From positions 1 through 64,000 of the forward strand of contig JBBQRQ010000004.1 of the NCBI GenBank assembly GCA_038214755.1: DNA of 64,000 bases, written 5' to 3'. Each line of letters begins with the position of its first letter. Within the stretch, counting starts at the first letter, position 1. The stretch comes from Verrucomicrobiota bacterium (lineage in GTDB: Bacteria; Verrucomicrobiota; Verrucomicrobiia; Limisphaerales; CANJXF01). Below, one piece after another: positions 46,027 to 55,598 of the stretch. Made by a program: the position numbers and the translations under genes. Below the pieces are notes generated by a model, which was not told where the DNA came from, did no database searches, and was given only the letters and a program-made list of their open reading frames with translations.

Positions 46027-47772
46027 ATGAAGTTCCCTCTGAAACGTAACGCAATGTTGATTCTCACCTTGGTCGGTTTCCTTGCCTATGAGGCTCACGC
46101 GCAACCGGCCAACGATAATTTCGCGAACCGGGAAACAATTATCGGAACAAATATTTTGGGAACGTTGGCCGGGTCAACGAGTGAAGCGGGCGAACCGATG
46201 TTGCCTGGAATTTCGACCGGACAAACCGCGTGGTGGACTTGGACTGCGCCTTCAAATGGGATCGTGACGCTGAATGTCAGCGCGACAAATTTTAATCCGC
46301 TGCTCACAGTGTATGCCGGGAGCAATGTCGAACACCTCTCACTGGTCGCGAGTAATAATTTTCTCGCCTGCTATTCCGGCGGGTGCGGCTGCAACTGGCG
46401 AATGCGCAACTCCACGAGCTTTCACGTCGCACGTGGGCAGGCTTATCAAATCGCGATCGATTCTGCTCTGTTCACGGACAGCCATTTCGTTGTCCCAAGC
46501 GTCCCGTATGTCAGATCAACGAATTTCTTTGCACCTGGTTCCGTTCCAACTCTCGATATCTTGGAGCGTGAAGCCGCCCAGACAACGAACGTATTTGTTC
46601 CTGATTCGGGGCAAACAACGAATATCCTTGCTGGGGAAGCCTTGAACGTGAGCTTTCAATTTACGCCCGCACCTCCCAACGATTATTTCGCCGGCCGCAT
46701 TCGGATGCGCGGTTCCCGATTTCATTTCAATGCATCTAACTCAGGAGCCGGGAAGGAATCCGGCGAGCCTGATCATTTCGGAAATCGTGGCGGAAGTTCT
46801 GTTTGGTATTCCTGGACTGCACCTGCCTCAGGCCGAGTCACTCTTTCGGTTAATAACATTCCACCCTATCTACCGCCAAGCTGGTACGGATGGTCCGGAT
46901 GGTACGGATACCACGAAATGATAAATCTATTTAGTTTTTGCGGCTATGAAGTGGATCAAAATCCGCCTCCGCAATTTTTCCCCGTGTTCGCCGTTTACAC
47001 CGGCACATCCGTCGATTCTTTGGTTTCCGTAAATGCGTTGCCGCTGGCGTTGAGCGATTATCCTCACGCCATCTCCTTTGATGCGATCAAAGGCCGCGCC
47101 TACCAAATCGCTTTCGATGGCAATCAAGGGACAACCGGTGAAACGCCTTTGTATCTCGCGCTCACCACTCCGGCGATCAATGACAACTTTGAACGACGCA
47201 TCCCGGTGCGCGGAATTTATATCGTCGCCACCGGCTACAACGCGGGCGCGACTCGCCAAACCAATGAACCTGCGCCGCAAGATGGTTCCGTTGGGAAAAG
47301 TGTCTGGTGGTCATGGCGCGCGCCAGTCAGCGGAACGGTTTCCATCGACGCCTCTGCCAGTGAGTCTCAATTTCCAATCAGCGTTTTCACGGGCGCGCGT
47401 CTCTCCACTCTGCACACAGTCGCGCGCTCTACCGACAGCGCTCTGACCTTCGAGGCAGTCGCCGGACAGACCTATCAAATTTCCGTCGAAGATTTTTCCG
47501 GTCTGACTGGCGCGATTAAATTCAAACTGCAAGCGCCGGTGGTTGAAGTGCCATTGTCCCGACGCCTCGGCTCATCCAGAATTGTGTCGCTGGTTTATCC
47601 CGCTCGACCCGGGCAGGTCATCCTTTTGCAACGATCACCCGACGGACAAAACTGGAGCGATATGCAGAAAGGAACGGCGCATTGGAATCGGGTGGAATTC
47701 ATTGTGAAGCAGGACGGGATTGCCAATCGGTTTTTTTATCGCGCGATCATCGTGGACAATTTCTTTTTCTGA
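46027..47772 (+). CDS. Secreted protein with three P.ND.F..R / PPC-like repeats and a C-terminal RFFYRA domain
   Basis: PANDNFANR, PPNDYFAGR, AINDNFERR; (S/T)(V/A)W(W/Y).W.AP..G.V; G..YQI. Confidence 0.8.
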   Translation: MKFPLKRNAMLILTLVGFLAYEAHAQPANDNFANRETIIGTNILGTLAGSTSEAGEPMLPGISTGQTAWWTWTAPSNGIVTLNVSATNFNPLLTVYAGSNVEHLSLVASNNFLACYSGGCGCNWRMRNSTSFHVARGQAYQIAIDSALFTDSHFVVPSVPYVRSTNFFAPGSVPTLDILEREAAQTTNVFVPDSGQTTNILAGEALNVSFQFTPAPPNDYFAGRIRMRGSRFHFNASNSGAGKESGEPDHFGNRGGSSVWYSWTAPASGRVTLSVNNIPPYLPPSWYGWSGWYGYHEMINLFSFCGYEVDQNPPPQFFPVFAVYTGTSVDSLVSVNALPLALSDYPHAISFDAIKGRAYQIAFDGNQGTTGETPLYLALTTPAINDNFERRIPVRGIYIVATGYNAGATRQTNEPAPQDGSVGKSVWWSWRAPVSGTVSIDASASESQFPISVFTGARLSTLHTVARSTDSALTFEAVAGQTYQISVEDFSGLTGAIKFKLQAPVVEVPLSRRLGSSRIVSLVYPARPGQVILLQRSPDGQNWSDMQKGTAHWNRVEFIVKQDGIANRFFYRAIIVDNFFF

Positions 47773-47861
47773 GAGCCGCCCGTCTGGAATCGGCGTTCCA
47801 AAGGCCAGGGCGATTTCCGATTTTCCCGACGGAACAAATTTTTCGCCAGAGGTTGCGCTGG

Positions 47862-50800
47862 TCATTCCAAGGCGCCGGAGCGCAGAGCATTGCTCTGCGT
47901 GGAATTCTGCGGAGCGATGTTCCGCGCTCCTTTGATCGGTTTCTCACTCTGCAAATAAGCAAATAAATCGCGCCGTTCCTGTGGCGTGAGTCCATGCATC
48001 AAACCTTCCGGCATTAGTGAAATTCCCGATTGACGCATCGAAATAATTTTATCGCGATTAATAATGGTTCGTTCGTTTTTCGCGGCGACGAGCGTAACGC
48101 CATTCGCATTTTGCTCCGCGATCAACCCATTCAAAATCCGGCCATCGCTCGTCTCGACATTGTAGTTGAGAAATTCTTTTCGTATGACCGCGTTGGGATC
48201 GACGATACTGGTTAATAAAAAATCTTTGTCCGCTCGATTCGCGTGCGTCAGTTCCGGTCCAACCTTTTCGCCTTCCCCAAAAAGCTCGTGACATTGAGCG
48301 CAGGTCTTCAAAAAAACTTCCCGCCCATTTTTCGCGTCGCCCGGAAATGCGCGCAGGTCGTTGTTGAAGCGGCGGATGTCCGCAAGTTTTTCTTCGGGGG
48401 TGCCGCGGCCAATGTTTCCCCAATGTTTGCGCACCAGCGCGTCGAGTTCGTTGTCGTCCAACGTCGCGACTTTTTGCAACTGGTCCAACGGAAGTTCACT
48501 GGCGTTGAAACGTCCCGAATCGACTCCTTTTAAAAATGGCGTAGCCCAAAGTCTGCGGCTGAGAAAAACATCGCGCGCTTTGCCGCGGACGCGTGGGGTC
48601 ATTGCCGGATAGTTCAAAAGCAGGCCATCAATTTCCGCGTTGGGAATTTGTTGAATCGCGTCGAGCGCGGCCAACTGAATCACCTCCGGCTGACTCAGCG
48701 CGCCAAGACGGAGAAGGACCTTCAGGGCCGCCGGGTTCGCCGAGTCGCCGATCAGTTGAAGCATCGCCACTCTCAATTCGGTCGGGCTTTTCGTATCTTC
48801 GGCCAAGGTTAGCGCACGGTTCCAGGCCGGTCCGTCGCCGAGGCGTGAGAGCAATCGCAGCACGGTTTCATTTTTCGTTGCGTCACTCCATTGCGAGGTG
48901 AGTTGTTTTTGCAAAGTGGGCGGAAGTTTCTCAAGGGTTGAAATTCGTTGGGCGTTGGGCTGCTCGCGAAAACCTTGCTCGAGTGCAACCAACATTAGTT
49001 GCCGCACTTTATCCGGCGAAGTTTCAAGCAGCCGCGCGCACGCTGCCAAAGTTTTCTCGCTCGCATCCGCCGCGTAACGGCGCATCAGCCGAGGCAAAAT
49101 GATTTCGCGAATCAACGCCGACTGCCACGCCTCGCTCGATGTAAACAAATTGACAGTTTCATCAACCGCCGCGACGGAATGATTTTCCACCGCCCACCAC
49201 AGCAGCAATGGAATGTGCGGATCAGTCGCGTCGAGATTTCGGAGCGCGACTTTTTGAGCGAGCACCAGGCCCATTTTGGCGGGCAGACGTTTGGCGGCGG
49301 AAGCGAGTTGGCTCCGCACGCGCACGTCGGTTTCATGCGCCGCAACCTTCAAAAGATTTTCGCAGCTTGTCGGGGAAATTTTCTCTTCATCGCCGAGAAA
49401 GCGGACGGCCCAATAGCGGATTTTCGGGGAGGAATGTTCGAGTGCATCGTTCAGAAAAGATTCGTCCGCGCCGCCACTGGCGTAGAGCGCCCAAAAACTT
49501 TCGAGCGCAAGATGTTCATCCTTCGTTTCAAAAATTTGCGCGCGCAGTTTTGGAAAGGTTGCAGCATCGCGGCGGTCGGCGAGAACGCGGCGCGCTTTGC
49601 GGACAAACCAATCGTTTTTGCTGGAGAGAAGTTCGATGAGTTGCGCGCTGGAAAGTTTGGTTAAATCCTTCGTAGGAGCCGAGGTGAGGAGGCTCTGATT
49701 AGTTTCAGGATTTGAAGTGAGCCTCCTCACGTCGGCTCCTACGATTTCGGTTTTTGAAATCCGCCTCCTCACGTCGGCGGCTACGCGATAGATGCGTCCG
49801 TTGCTCCGGTCCCATTCGGCGTCGGGATCGGGGTGGGCGGTGCGTTTGTCGAACCAGTCGGCGACGTAAAGCGCGCCGTCCGGGCCCATCGTCAAATCGG
49901 TGGGCGCAAACCAGGTGTCATTTGGATTCAACAATTCTCCGCCGTAACTCGCTGTGAAAGTTGAACCAAATTTTTCCATGTTGTGAACTTGCACGGTGTG
50001 GCCGAGCAGATCGTTGGCGATATATTTGCCGCGAAATTTTTCTGGAAACGAATCGCCTTGATAAATAATTCCGCCATCGGTCACGTGGCCGCCGGTGAAA
50101 TTTTTATAGGGAATATGGTCAAAATATCCGTAGGCGTAAGGATTGTGCAGCTCGCCGTGTTTGCCAAAACTTTTCCAGTAATAGCCGCCTTGCACGCCGT
50201 GCAAGTTTCGATTCGGGCCAAGGTTGGTCGAGTAAATCAAATTTCCATCTTCATCAAAATCGAGTCCCCAGGAATTTCCGCCGCCTTCGCAAAAAAGCTC
50301 AAACCGTTTTGAAAGTGGGTGATAACGCCAGACGCCTTGTTGAAATTCGATGCCGCGAATATTGGCCGTCACCGTGCTGCCCTGACAACCGTAGAGCCAG
50401 CCATCCGGACCCCACGCCAGCGAGTTGGCGACGGAATGCGCGTCTTCCATTCCGAAGCCGGTGAGCAAAACTTCGGGATCGGAATCAGGAATGTCGTCGT
50501 GATTTTTGTCGGGATAAAAAAGTAAATAAGGAACCTGCACAACGAAAACTCCGCCGTGACCGAAGGCGAGTCCGCTGGCGAGATTCAATCCGCTGATGAA
50601 ATCTTTTGATTGGTAATGTGCTGCCGAGATCCTCTCGGCAGAGGTTGCGTCAGATTTTGCGCTCTTGCTCTTGGAAGGATCCTCATTGGCGGCATCGCGT
50701 TTTTCTTCCGAGAGGATCTCGGCAGCACTTTCGACTCGTTCCAAAATCGTGATACGATCCGCGCCTTTCGGTCCGCGCGGCGGTGGGTCGGGGATTTTGT

Positions 50801-51098
50801 CGTAAGTTGTCCGAGAGAAACGATCCACTTTCGCGCGATTCAATCCAGCAGGATTGGGATATTGCAAATATTGAATGACCCAGAGCCGCCCGCGATCATC
50901 GAACTCAATGCCAACCGGTTGCGCGATCATCGGCTCGCTGGCGACGAGTTCGACTTTGAATCCATCGGCGACGGACATTTTCTGAACCGCTTCAGAAGGT
51001 TTGTAGCCCTGGGCGAAGATGGAAAAATTTCCTGCAAGCAAAGTGATTCCAAGGGGAAGAAACCTGAAATGTGAAACGAAAAATGCCGATGGGTTCAC
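47862..51098 (-). CDS. PVC-type membrane-bound dehydrogenase: propeller + HEAT repeats + heme c (CxxCH)
   Basis: GFKVELVASEP, FDDRGRLWV, WGPDGWLYG, GPDGALYVADW, CAQCH, VGPELT, SLMPEGL; start at GTG 51098 is inferred. Confidence 0.88.
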   Translation of the reverse strand: MNPSAFFVSHFRFLPLGITLLAGNFSIFAQGYKPSEAVQKMSVADGFKVELVASEPMIAQPVGIEFDDRGRLWVIQYLQYPNPAGLNRAKVDRFSRTTYDKIPDPPPRGPKGADRITILERVESAAEILSEEKRDAANEDPSKSKSAKSDATSAERISAAHYQSKDFISGLNLASGLAFGHGGVFVVQVPYLLFYPDKNHDDIPDSDPEVLLTGFGMEDAHSVANSLAWGPDGWLYGCQGSTVTANIRGIEFQQGVWRYHPLSKRFELFCEGGGNSWGLDFDEDGNLIYSTNLGPNRNLHGVQGGYYWKSFGKHGELHNPYAYGYFDHIPYKNFTGGHVTDGGIIYQGDSFPEKFRGKYIANDLLGHTVQVHNMEKFGSTFTASYGGELLNPNDTWFAPTDLTMGPDGALYVADWFDKRTAHPDPDAEWDRSNGRIYRVAADVRRRISKTEIVGADVRRLTSNPETNQSLLTSAPTKDLTKLSSAQLIELLSSKNDWFVRKARRVLADRRDAATFPKLRAQIFETKDEHLALESFWALYASGGADESFLNDALEHSSPKIRYWAVRFLGDEEKISPTSCENLLKVAAHETDVRVRSQLASAAKRLPAKMGLVLAQKVALRNLDATDPHIPLLLWWAVENHSVAAVDETVNLFTSSEAWQSALIREIILPRLMRRYAADASEKTLAACARLLETSPDKVRQLMLVALEQGFREQPNAQRISTLEKLPPTLQKQLTSQWSDATKNETVLRLLSRLGDGPAWNRALTLAEDTKSPTELRVAMLQLIGDSANPAALKVLLRLGALSQPEVIQLAALDAIQQIPNAEIDGLLLNYPAMTPRVRGKARDVFLSRRLWATPFLKGVDSGRFNASELPLDQLQKVATLDDNELDALVRKHWGNIGRGTPEEKLADIRRFNNDLRAFPGDAKNGREVFLKTCAQCHELFGEGEKVGPELTHANRADKDFLLTSIVDPNAVIRKEFLNYNVETSDGRILNGLIAEQNANGVTLVAAKNERTIINRDKIISMRQSGISLMPEGLMHGLTPQERRDLFAYLQSEKPIKGARNIAPQNSTQSNALRSGALE
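49672..49784. repeat. Three REP units (GTAG.NGCCGA.GTGAGGAGGC family), in frame within the dehydrogenase
   Basis: Encodes VAADVRRR...VGADVRRL...LLTSAPT. Confidence 0.9.
50618..50728. repeat. REP doublet GTGCTGCCGAGATCCTCTCGGCAG, in frame within the dehydrogenase
   Basis: 111 bp; encodes SAAEILSE...SAERISAAH. Confidence 0.85.
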
Positions 51099-51188
51099 GG
51101 CGAGAGTTTCGGCCGAATAATTTTCAGCCGCGAGAAAATTTTTAGGGGAACCTGCCGTCGCCTTTACGCCGCCAGTAAAAGCGGGAAA

Positions 51189-51353
51189 ATGGCGAAGGAA
51201 TTTTTGCCGGAGATTAATCGAAAATTCACGGTGGAGGCGCGAGGCAAAGCGGACTGGCCTCGGGCGCGTCCTAAAAACCTGGCGGAGATCTTGGCGCGCG
51301 AACAGGCGCGGGTGGTGGGGCGGGACTGGACGGGGAGAGTGGTTGGAGATTAA
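51189..51353 (+). pseudogene. Transposase remnant (ISNCY/IS481-like C-terminal segment)
   Basis: Manual translation MAKEFLPEINRKFTVEARGKADWPRARPKNLAEILAREQARVVGRDWT resembles the FLP.FN..F.V......D.HR..P..L..IL.....RVV..DWT pattern. Confidence 0.6.
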
Positions 51354-51362
51354 GAGTTTTGA

Positions 51363-51565
51363 GGGTGTGATAAAAAGCGGGTGAGGCGGGATTTGGTTTC
51401 CTTGGAGAGCGCCGGCATGACGCCGCTTTTCCAGCACGTTACGCGAATGGAGCCAGCGCTCAAAATGAACCTTCCCGGCTTTTCCATCGGGCCGCCAAAG
51501 CGGGGACGTGTCCCCGCAGTCCAAAATAAGTTTGGTTCCAACCTCACCCACTTTTAATCACACCC
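51363..51565. mobile_element. MITE, GGGTGTGAT-ended, copy 3 (cargo type A, inverted relative to copy 1)
   Basis: GGGTGTGATAAAAA/TTTTAATCACACCC; flanks GAGTTTTGA/TGGTTTTGA (7/9 match). Confidence 0.88.
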
Positions 51566-51626
51566 TGGTTTTGATAACTCTCATGTTTTGGATTGAAAAC
51601 CCATGCCTTCGTTTTACGCTGGGCGG

Positions 51627-52610
51627 ATGCAACACCTTTTCCGCTGCGGCCTTCTCTGGTTATCTCTCGCATCACTCGTCCTTCAAGCGGCGGAGAAGAC
51701 CTACACCATCGCCGTAATCCCAAAGGGCACGACTCACGAATTCTGGAAATCGATCAATGCCGGCGCGTTCAAAGCGCGAGACGAACTGGCGGAAAAAGGA
51801 ATCAAAGTTGAGGTCATCTGGAAAGGCCCGTTGCGCGAGGATGACCGCGATCAGCAGATTCAAGTCGTCGAAAATTTCACCACGCGCCACGTCAGCGGGA
51901 TCGTTCTCGCCCCGCTGGATTCGCAAGCCTTGGTCCGGCCGGTCAACAACGCGATGCAATCCAAAGTTCCCGTCGTGATCATGGATTCCGGTTTGAAGTC
52001 GGACAAATATGTGAGCTTCGTCGCGACGGATAATTTCAAGGGCGGCCAGTTGGCGGGCCAACAAATGGGGAAGATTCTCAATGGCAAGGGCAATGTCATT
52101 TTGATGCGCTACGCCGTTGGTTCCGCCAGCACGGAAGAACGCGAAGCTGGTTTTCTTGACGCGTTAAAAAAATTTCCAAACATCAAACTGATCTCTTCCG
52201 ACCAACATGCTGGGGCCACCCGCGAGTTGGCCTACGCAGCGTCGCAGAATTTGCTCAATCGTTACGGCCGCGAGGTCGATGGAATTTTTGTTCCGTGCGA
52301 GCCGCCGACGATCGCGATGACGAAGGCATTGCGTGACATCGGACGCGCCGGCGGAAAAGTAAAAGTGATCGGGTTTGACGCCGGTTCGCAGGAAGTGGCC
52401 GATTTGAAAAACGGCGATGTGCAGGCGCTCGTCGTGCAGAATCCGATGAAGATGGGTTACCTCGCCGTGCAGACAATGGTCAAACATTTGCGCGGCGAAA
52501 AAGTAGAAAAGCGAATTGATACCGGCGTTGTCGTCGTCACGAAGGAAAATATGGACACACCGGAAATGAAAGAACTGCTCTATCCGCCCCTCGACAAATA
52601 TCTAAAATAA
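51627..52610 (+). CDS. Sugar ABC transporter substrate-binding protein (RbsB-like)
   Basis: IAVIPKGTTHEFWK, GIVLAPLD, VATDN..GG, RE.GF, IGFD, QNP.KMGY; alternative start at 51603. Confidence 0.9.
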   Translation: MQHLFRCGLLWLSLASLVLQAAEKTYTIAVIPKGTTHEFWKSINAGAFKARDELAEKGIKVEVIWKGPLREDDRDQQIQVVENFTTRHVSGIVLAPLDSQALVRPVNNAMQSKVPVVIMDSGLKSDKYVSFVATDNFKGGQLAGQQMGKILNGKGNVILMRYAVGSASTEEREAGFLDALKKFPNIKLISSDQHAGATRELAYAASQNLLNRYGREVDGIFVPCEPPTIAMTKALRDIGRAGGKVKVIGFDAGSQEVADLKNGDVQALVVQNPMKMGYLAVQTMVKHLRGEKVEKRIDTGVVVVTKENMDTPEMKELLYPPLDKYLK

Positions 52611-52611
52611 A

Positions 52612-53589
52612 ATGGCGCTACGGAAGAAGACCAGACTCTGGGCGCTCTTCAATTTGCTGGGGCCGTTTCTCGGCTTGCTGCTGGTCATCGGATTATTTTC
52701 GCTCAACTCGGAAGTGCGGCCATTTTTTCTGAGCGGGGGGAATTTCAAAATCATTTTGACGCAGACGGTCATTGTCGCCATCGGCGCGCTCGGTATGACC
52801 ATGATTATCGTCAGTGGCGGAATTGATCTGAGCGTCGGTTCCGTCGTCGCTCTGACGAGCGTGGTGGGAGCGACGTTGCTCGTAAAAAATTATTCTCCCA
52901 TCACGGCGGCGTTGCTGACCATTTTGGCGGGCGGACTAATTGGACTAATCAATGGCGTTTTGATTTCAGGACTTCGCATGATGCCGTTTATCGTGACGTT
53001 GGGCATGATGGGTGTGGCGCGCGGCTCTGCGAAATGGCTTTCCAATAGTCAGACGGTCAATCCCTCGGAAAATCCGGTCAACAACATCATGGCGTTGTCT
53101 GAGCCGACGAATTTATTGCCGTTGCCCAATGGAGTTTGGATCGCAATTGCTCTGGCAATTTTCCTTGCGCTCATTCTGCGCAAAACTGTTTTTGGCCGAT
53201 ACGTGTTCGCGATGGGTGGAAATGAAATTGCCGCGCGCTATTCCGGCGTTCGTGTTTCGTTGCACAAAACTTTTGTCTATGCGTTCGCCGGAATTTTTTT
53301 TGGCGTGGCCGGCCTGATGCAATTTTCCCGCCTCACGCAGGGCGATCCGAGCGGCGCCAACGGTTTGGAACTGGACATCATTGCCGCGGTCGTGATCGGC
53401 GGGGCGAGTTTGAGCGGTGGCACCGGCAGCGTTCTCGGTTCGATGATCGGCGCGCTCATCATGGCGGTGTTGCGCAACGGCTCCAGCCAGATGGGTTGGC
53501 CCACTTACATGCAGGAAATTATTATCGGTGGAGTCATCGTGCTCGCCGTCGCCCTGGATAAGTTCCGCCAAAAACGCGCCGACAAATAG
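52612..53589 (+). CDS. Sugar ABC transporter permease (RbsC-like)
   Basis: GGIDLSVGS, PFIVTLG, FGRY..A.GGN, ELDIIAAVVIGGASLSGG.G. Confidence 0.92.
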   Translation: MALRKKTRLWALFNLLGPFLGLLLVIGLFSLNSEVRPFFLSGGNFKIILTQTVIVAIGALGMTMIIVSGGIDLSVGSVVALTSVVGATLLVKNYSPITAALLTILAGGLIGLINGVLISGLRMMPFIVTLGMMGVARGSAKWLSNSQTVNPSENPVNNIMALSEPTNLLPLPNGVWIAIALAIFLALILRKTVFGRYVFAMGGNEIAARYSGVRVSLHKTFVYAFAGIFFGVAGLMQFSRLTQGDPSGANGLELDIIAAVVIGGASLSGGTGSVLGSMIGALIMAVLRNGSSQMGWPTYMQEIIIGGVIVLAVALDKFRQKRADK

Positions 53590-53620
53590 CTTGAGGGTGA
53601 TTCGAACTGGCGGTCAAAAT

Positions 53621-53769
53621 GTAGCGCAGGATTGCATCCTGCCGTATCGCAGGTTTTCCATTTGCGAGGGCCGCCAGAACACAAGACTTTTGGAAACCTG
53701 AAGACTCTCTCTTTGCGACGGTCAGCCGGTTTCAAACCGGCGATACGGCAGGATGCAATCCTGCGCTAC
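53621..53769. repeat. Composite palindromic element GTAGCGCAG...CTGCGCTAC, preceded by a degenerate MITE end (53593-53619)
   Basis: Mirror hairpins; same family as 55525-55815. Confidence 0.85.
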
Positions 53770-53819
53770 ATAGCCCGCTCGATTATTGACGAATCGTTTT
53801 GACCGGTTAAAATTTTTCC

Positions 53820-54383
53820 ATGCAGGCCGCGCCATCAGCACCGTCCGTTTTGTTGACTGCGGATGATTATTTTCTGATGCCGGACACCGGACCGCGCTAC
53901 CAACTCATCGAAGGCGAACTTATTATGGCCCCAGCCCCCAATCGTTTTCATCAGGATATTTCCAGAAACCTTGAATTCATCCTGCTGAAATATCTGGAGA
54001 AAAATCCAATCGGCACACTCTACGATGCGCCGTTCGATGTCGTTCTCAATGAGATCAACGTTTTTCAACCGGACATCCTGTTTGTAGCGAATGAACAAAA
54101 ATTTATTTTTACGAAGCAAGGAGTTGAAGGGGCACCAAATCTGGTGGTTGAAATTCTTTCGGACAGCACCGCGCGCCTCGATAAAATTGCGAAGAAGAAA
54201 GTTTATACCGACACCGGAGTTGCCGAACTCTGGATGATCAATCCGGCCACTGAGACGATTGAGATTTATTTCCTGCAAAAAGATGCGGAACGTCCGGCTG
54301 CGACGCACCAAGCAAAGGATGTTTTTAGTTCCCCAACTTTTCCCGGACTGAAAATTAAAGCTGCCAAAATTTTCCAACAATAG
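53820..54383 (+). CDS. Uma2 family (PD-(D/E)xK, DUF820) endonuclease
   Basis: [13 protein letters not shown]...HQ, QPDILFV, P.LVVEILS.ST...D...K...Y. Confidence 0.92.
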   Translation: MQAAPSAPSVLLTADDYFLMPDTGPRYQLIEGELIMAPAPNRFHQDISRNLEFILLKYLEKNPIGTLYDAPFDVVLNEINVFQPDILFVANEQKFIFTKQGVEGAPNLVVEILSDSTARLDKIAKKKVYTDTGVAELWMINPATETIEIYFLQKDAERPAATHQAKDVFSSPTFPGLKIKAAKIFQQ

Positions 54384-54405
54384 CCCGTATTCAAAAAACA
54401 AAATT

Positions 54406-55296
54406 ATGTCACACGTCATTTCACCCGTCGAATCCAAGCCGCTCGAAAGCCTCGATCATTGGGAGGATTTCATGAAGGAGCGATATCCCGAAAACGCCGC
54501 GCTCGTCGGAACCAATCCAAATAAAAAGGAGGAGCAGTTTCGCGACTACGAAAAAACCGCCCGACCGACGGTGCGCGAATTTTATCGGCTGAATCATCGC
54601 TACCAAACTTTCGACTTTGTTCAGGAGAAGCGCCGTGAGTTTCTTGCCCAAAACCGCCGGGAGATGAGCATCTGGGAAGCGCTCGAATTTTTAAACACGC
54701 TGGTGGACGACAGCGATCCCGACACTGACCTGTCGCAACTCGAGCACCTTCTCCAAACCGCCGAGCAGATTCGCAAAGACGGTCATCCGCGCTGGTTTAT
54801 TTTGACCGGCCTGATTCACGATATTGGAAAAATTTTATGTCTCTTTGGTGAACCGCAGTGGGCGGTGGTCGGCGATACTTTTCCCGTTGGTTGCGCTTAC
54901 TCGGACAAAATTGTTTTTCACAAGTTTTTTGCGGATAACCCAGACAGCAAAAATCCGAAATATCAAACGCGGCTCGGCATTTACGAGGAGAATAAAGGAT
55001 TGGACAGCGTGACGATGTCATGGGGCCACGACGAATATCTCTATCATGTGACGAAAGATTATTTGCCCGAAGAGGCGCTTTACATGATTCGTTATCATTC
55101 CTTTTATCCAGCGCATCGTGATGGCGCGTATTCGTATTTGATGAATGAGCAGGACCGCAAAATGTTCGATTGGGTGCGGAAATTTAATCCCTACGATCTC
55201 TACACCAAGAGCCATACGCGCCCGAATTTGAAGGAGCTTCGCCCGTTCTACGACGATCTCATCAACGAATATTTTCCGCCGGTCTTGAAATGGTAA
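54406..55296 (+). CDS. myo-inositol oxygenase (MIOX family)
   Basis: [57 protein letters not shown]. Confidence 0.92.
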   Translation: MSHVISPVESKPLESLDHWEDFMKERYPENAALVGTNPNKKEEQFRDYEKTARPTVREFYRLNHRYQTFDFVQEKRREFLAQNRREMSIWEALEFLNTLVDDSDPDTDLSQLEHLLQTAEQIRKDGHPRWFILTGLIHDIGKILCLFGEPQWAVVGDTFPVGCAYSDKIVFHKFFADNPDSKNPKYQTRLGIYEENKGLDSVTMSWGHDEYLYHVTKDYLPEEALYMIRYHSFYPAHRDGAYSYLMNEQDRKMFDWVRKFNPYDLYTKSHTRPNLKELRPFYDDLINEYFPPVLKW

Positions 55297-55598
55297 AAGC
55301 GAAATTGCAACAAGGTCAGACGTGGAAGCGCGGTCAACAATACCTTCGCATCACCCGGCTTGAACGGCTCGCCGTCGAATACAAAGTCATCAGCGACCTC
55401 GCCACCAGACACGGAGCGCACCACAAAGCCACGAAGAAAGAATTTTGTTGTTTGATAAAAAACGCCGAGTTGCTTCCAGCAAAACAAGTCATCTCTCTTG
55501 AAACATCGCCCGTGGAAACCCAGCGTAGCGCAGCTTTGCAAGCTGCTGTATCGCCGGTTTGCAACCGGCAGGACGTCGCGACATCGGGTGTGATTTAA
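55290..55598 (+). CDS. Small hypothetical protein; C-terminus runs into repeat DNA
   Basis: KL..GQ.WK....Y.RI..LERL.V.YK...H...TKKEFC.L.K.A.L looks protein-like; overlaps the MIOX stop. Confidence 0.6.
   Translation: MVKAKLQQGQTWKRGQQYLRITRLERLAVEYKVISDLATRHGAHHKATKKEFCCLIKNAELLPAKQVISLETSPVETQRSAALQAAVSPVCNRQDVATSGVI

Noticed and set aside
51099..51551. N-terminal 150 aa of the 1229-aa ORF
   Set aside because: Reads through a MITE and an antisense transposase remnant; a signal-peptide-like segment begins near 51098
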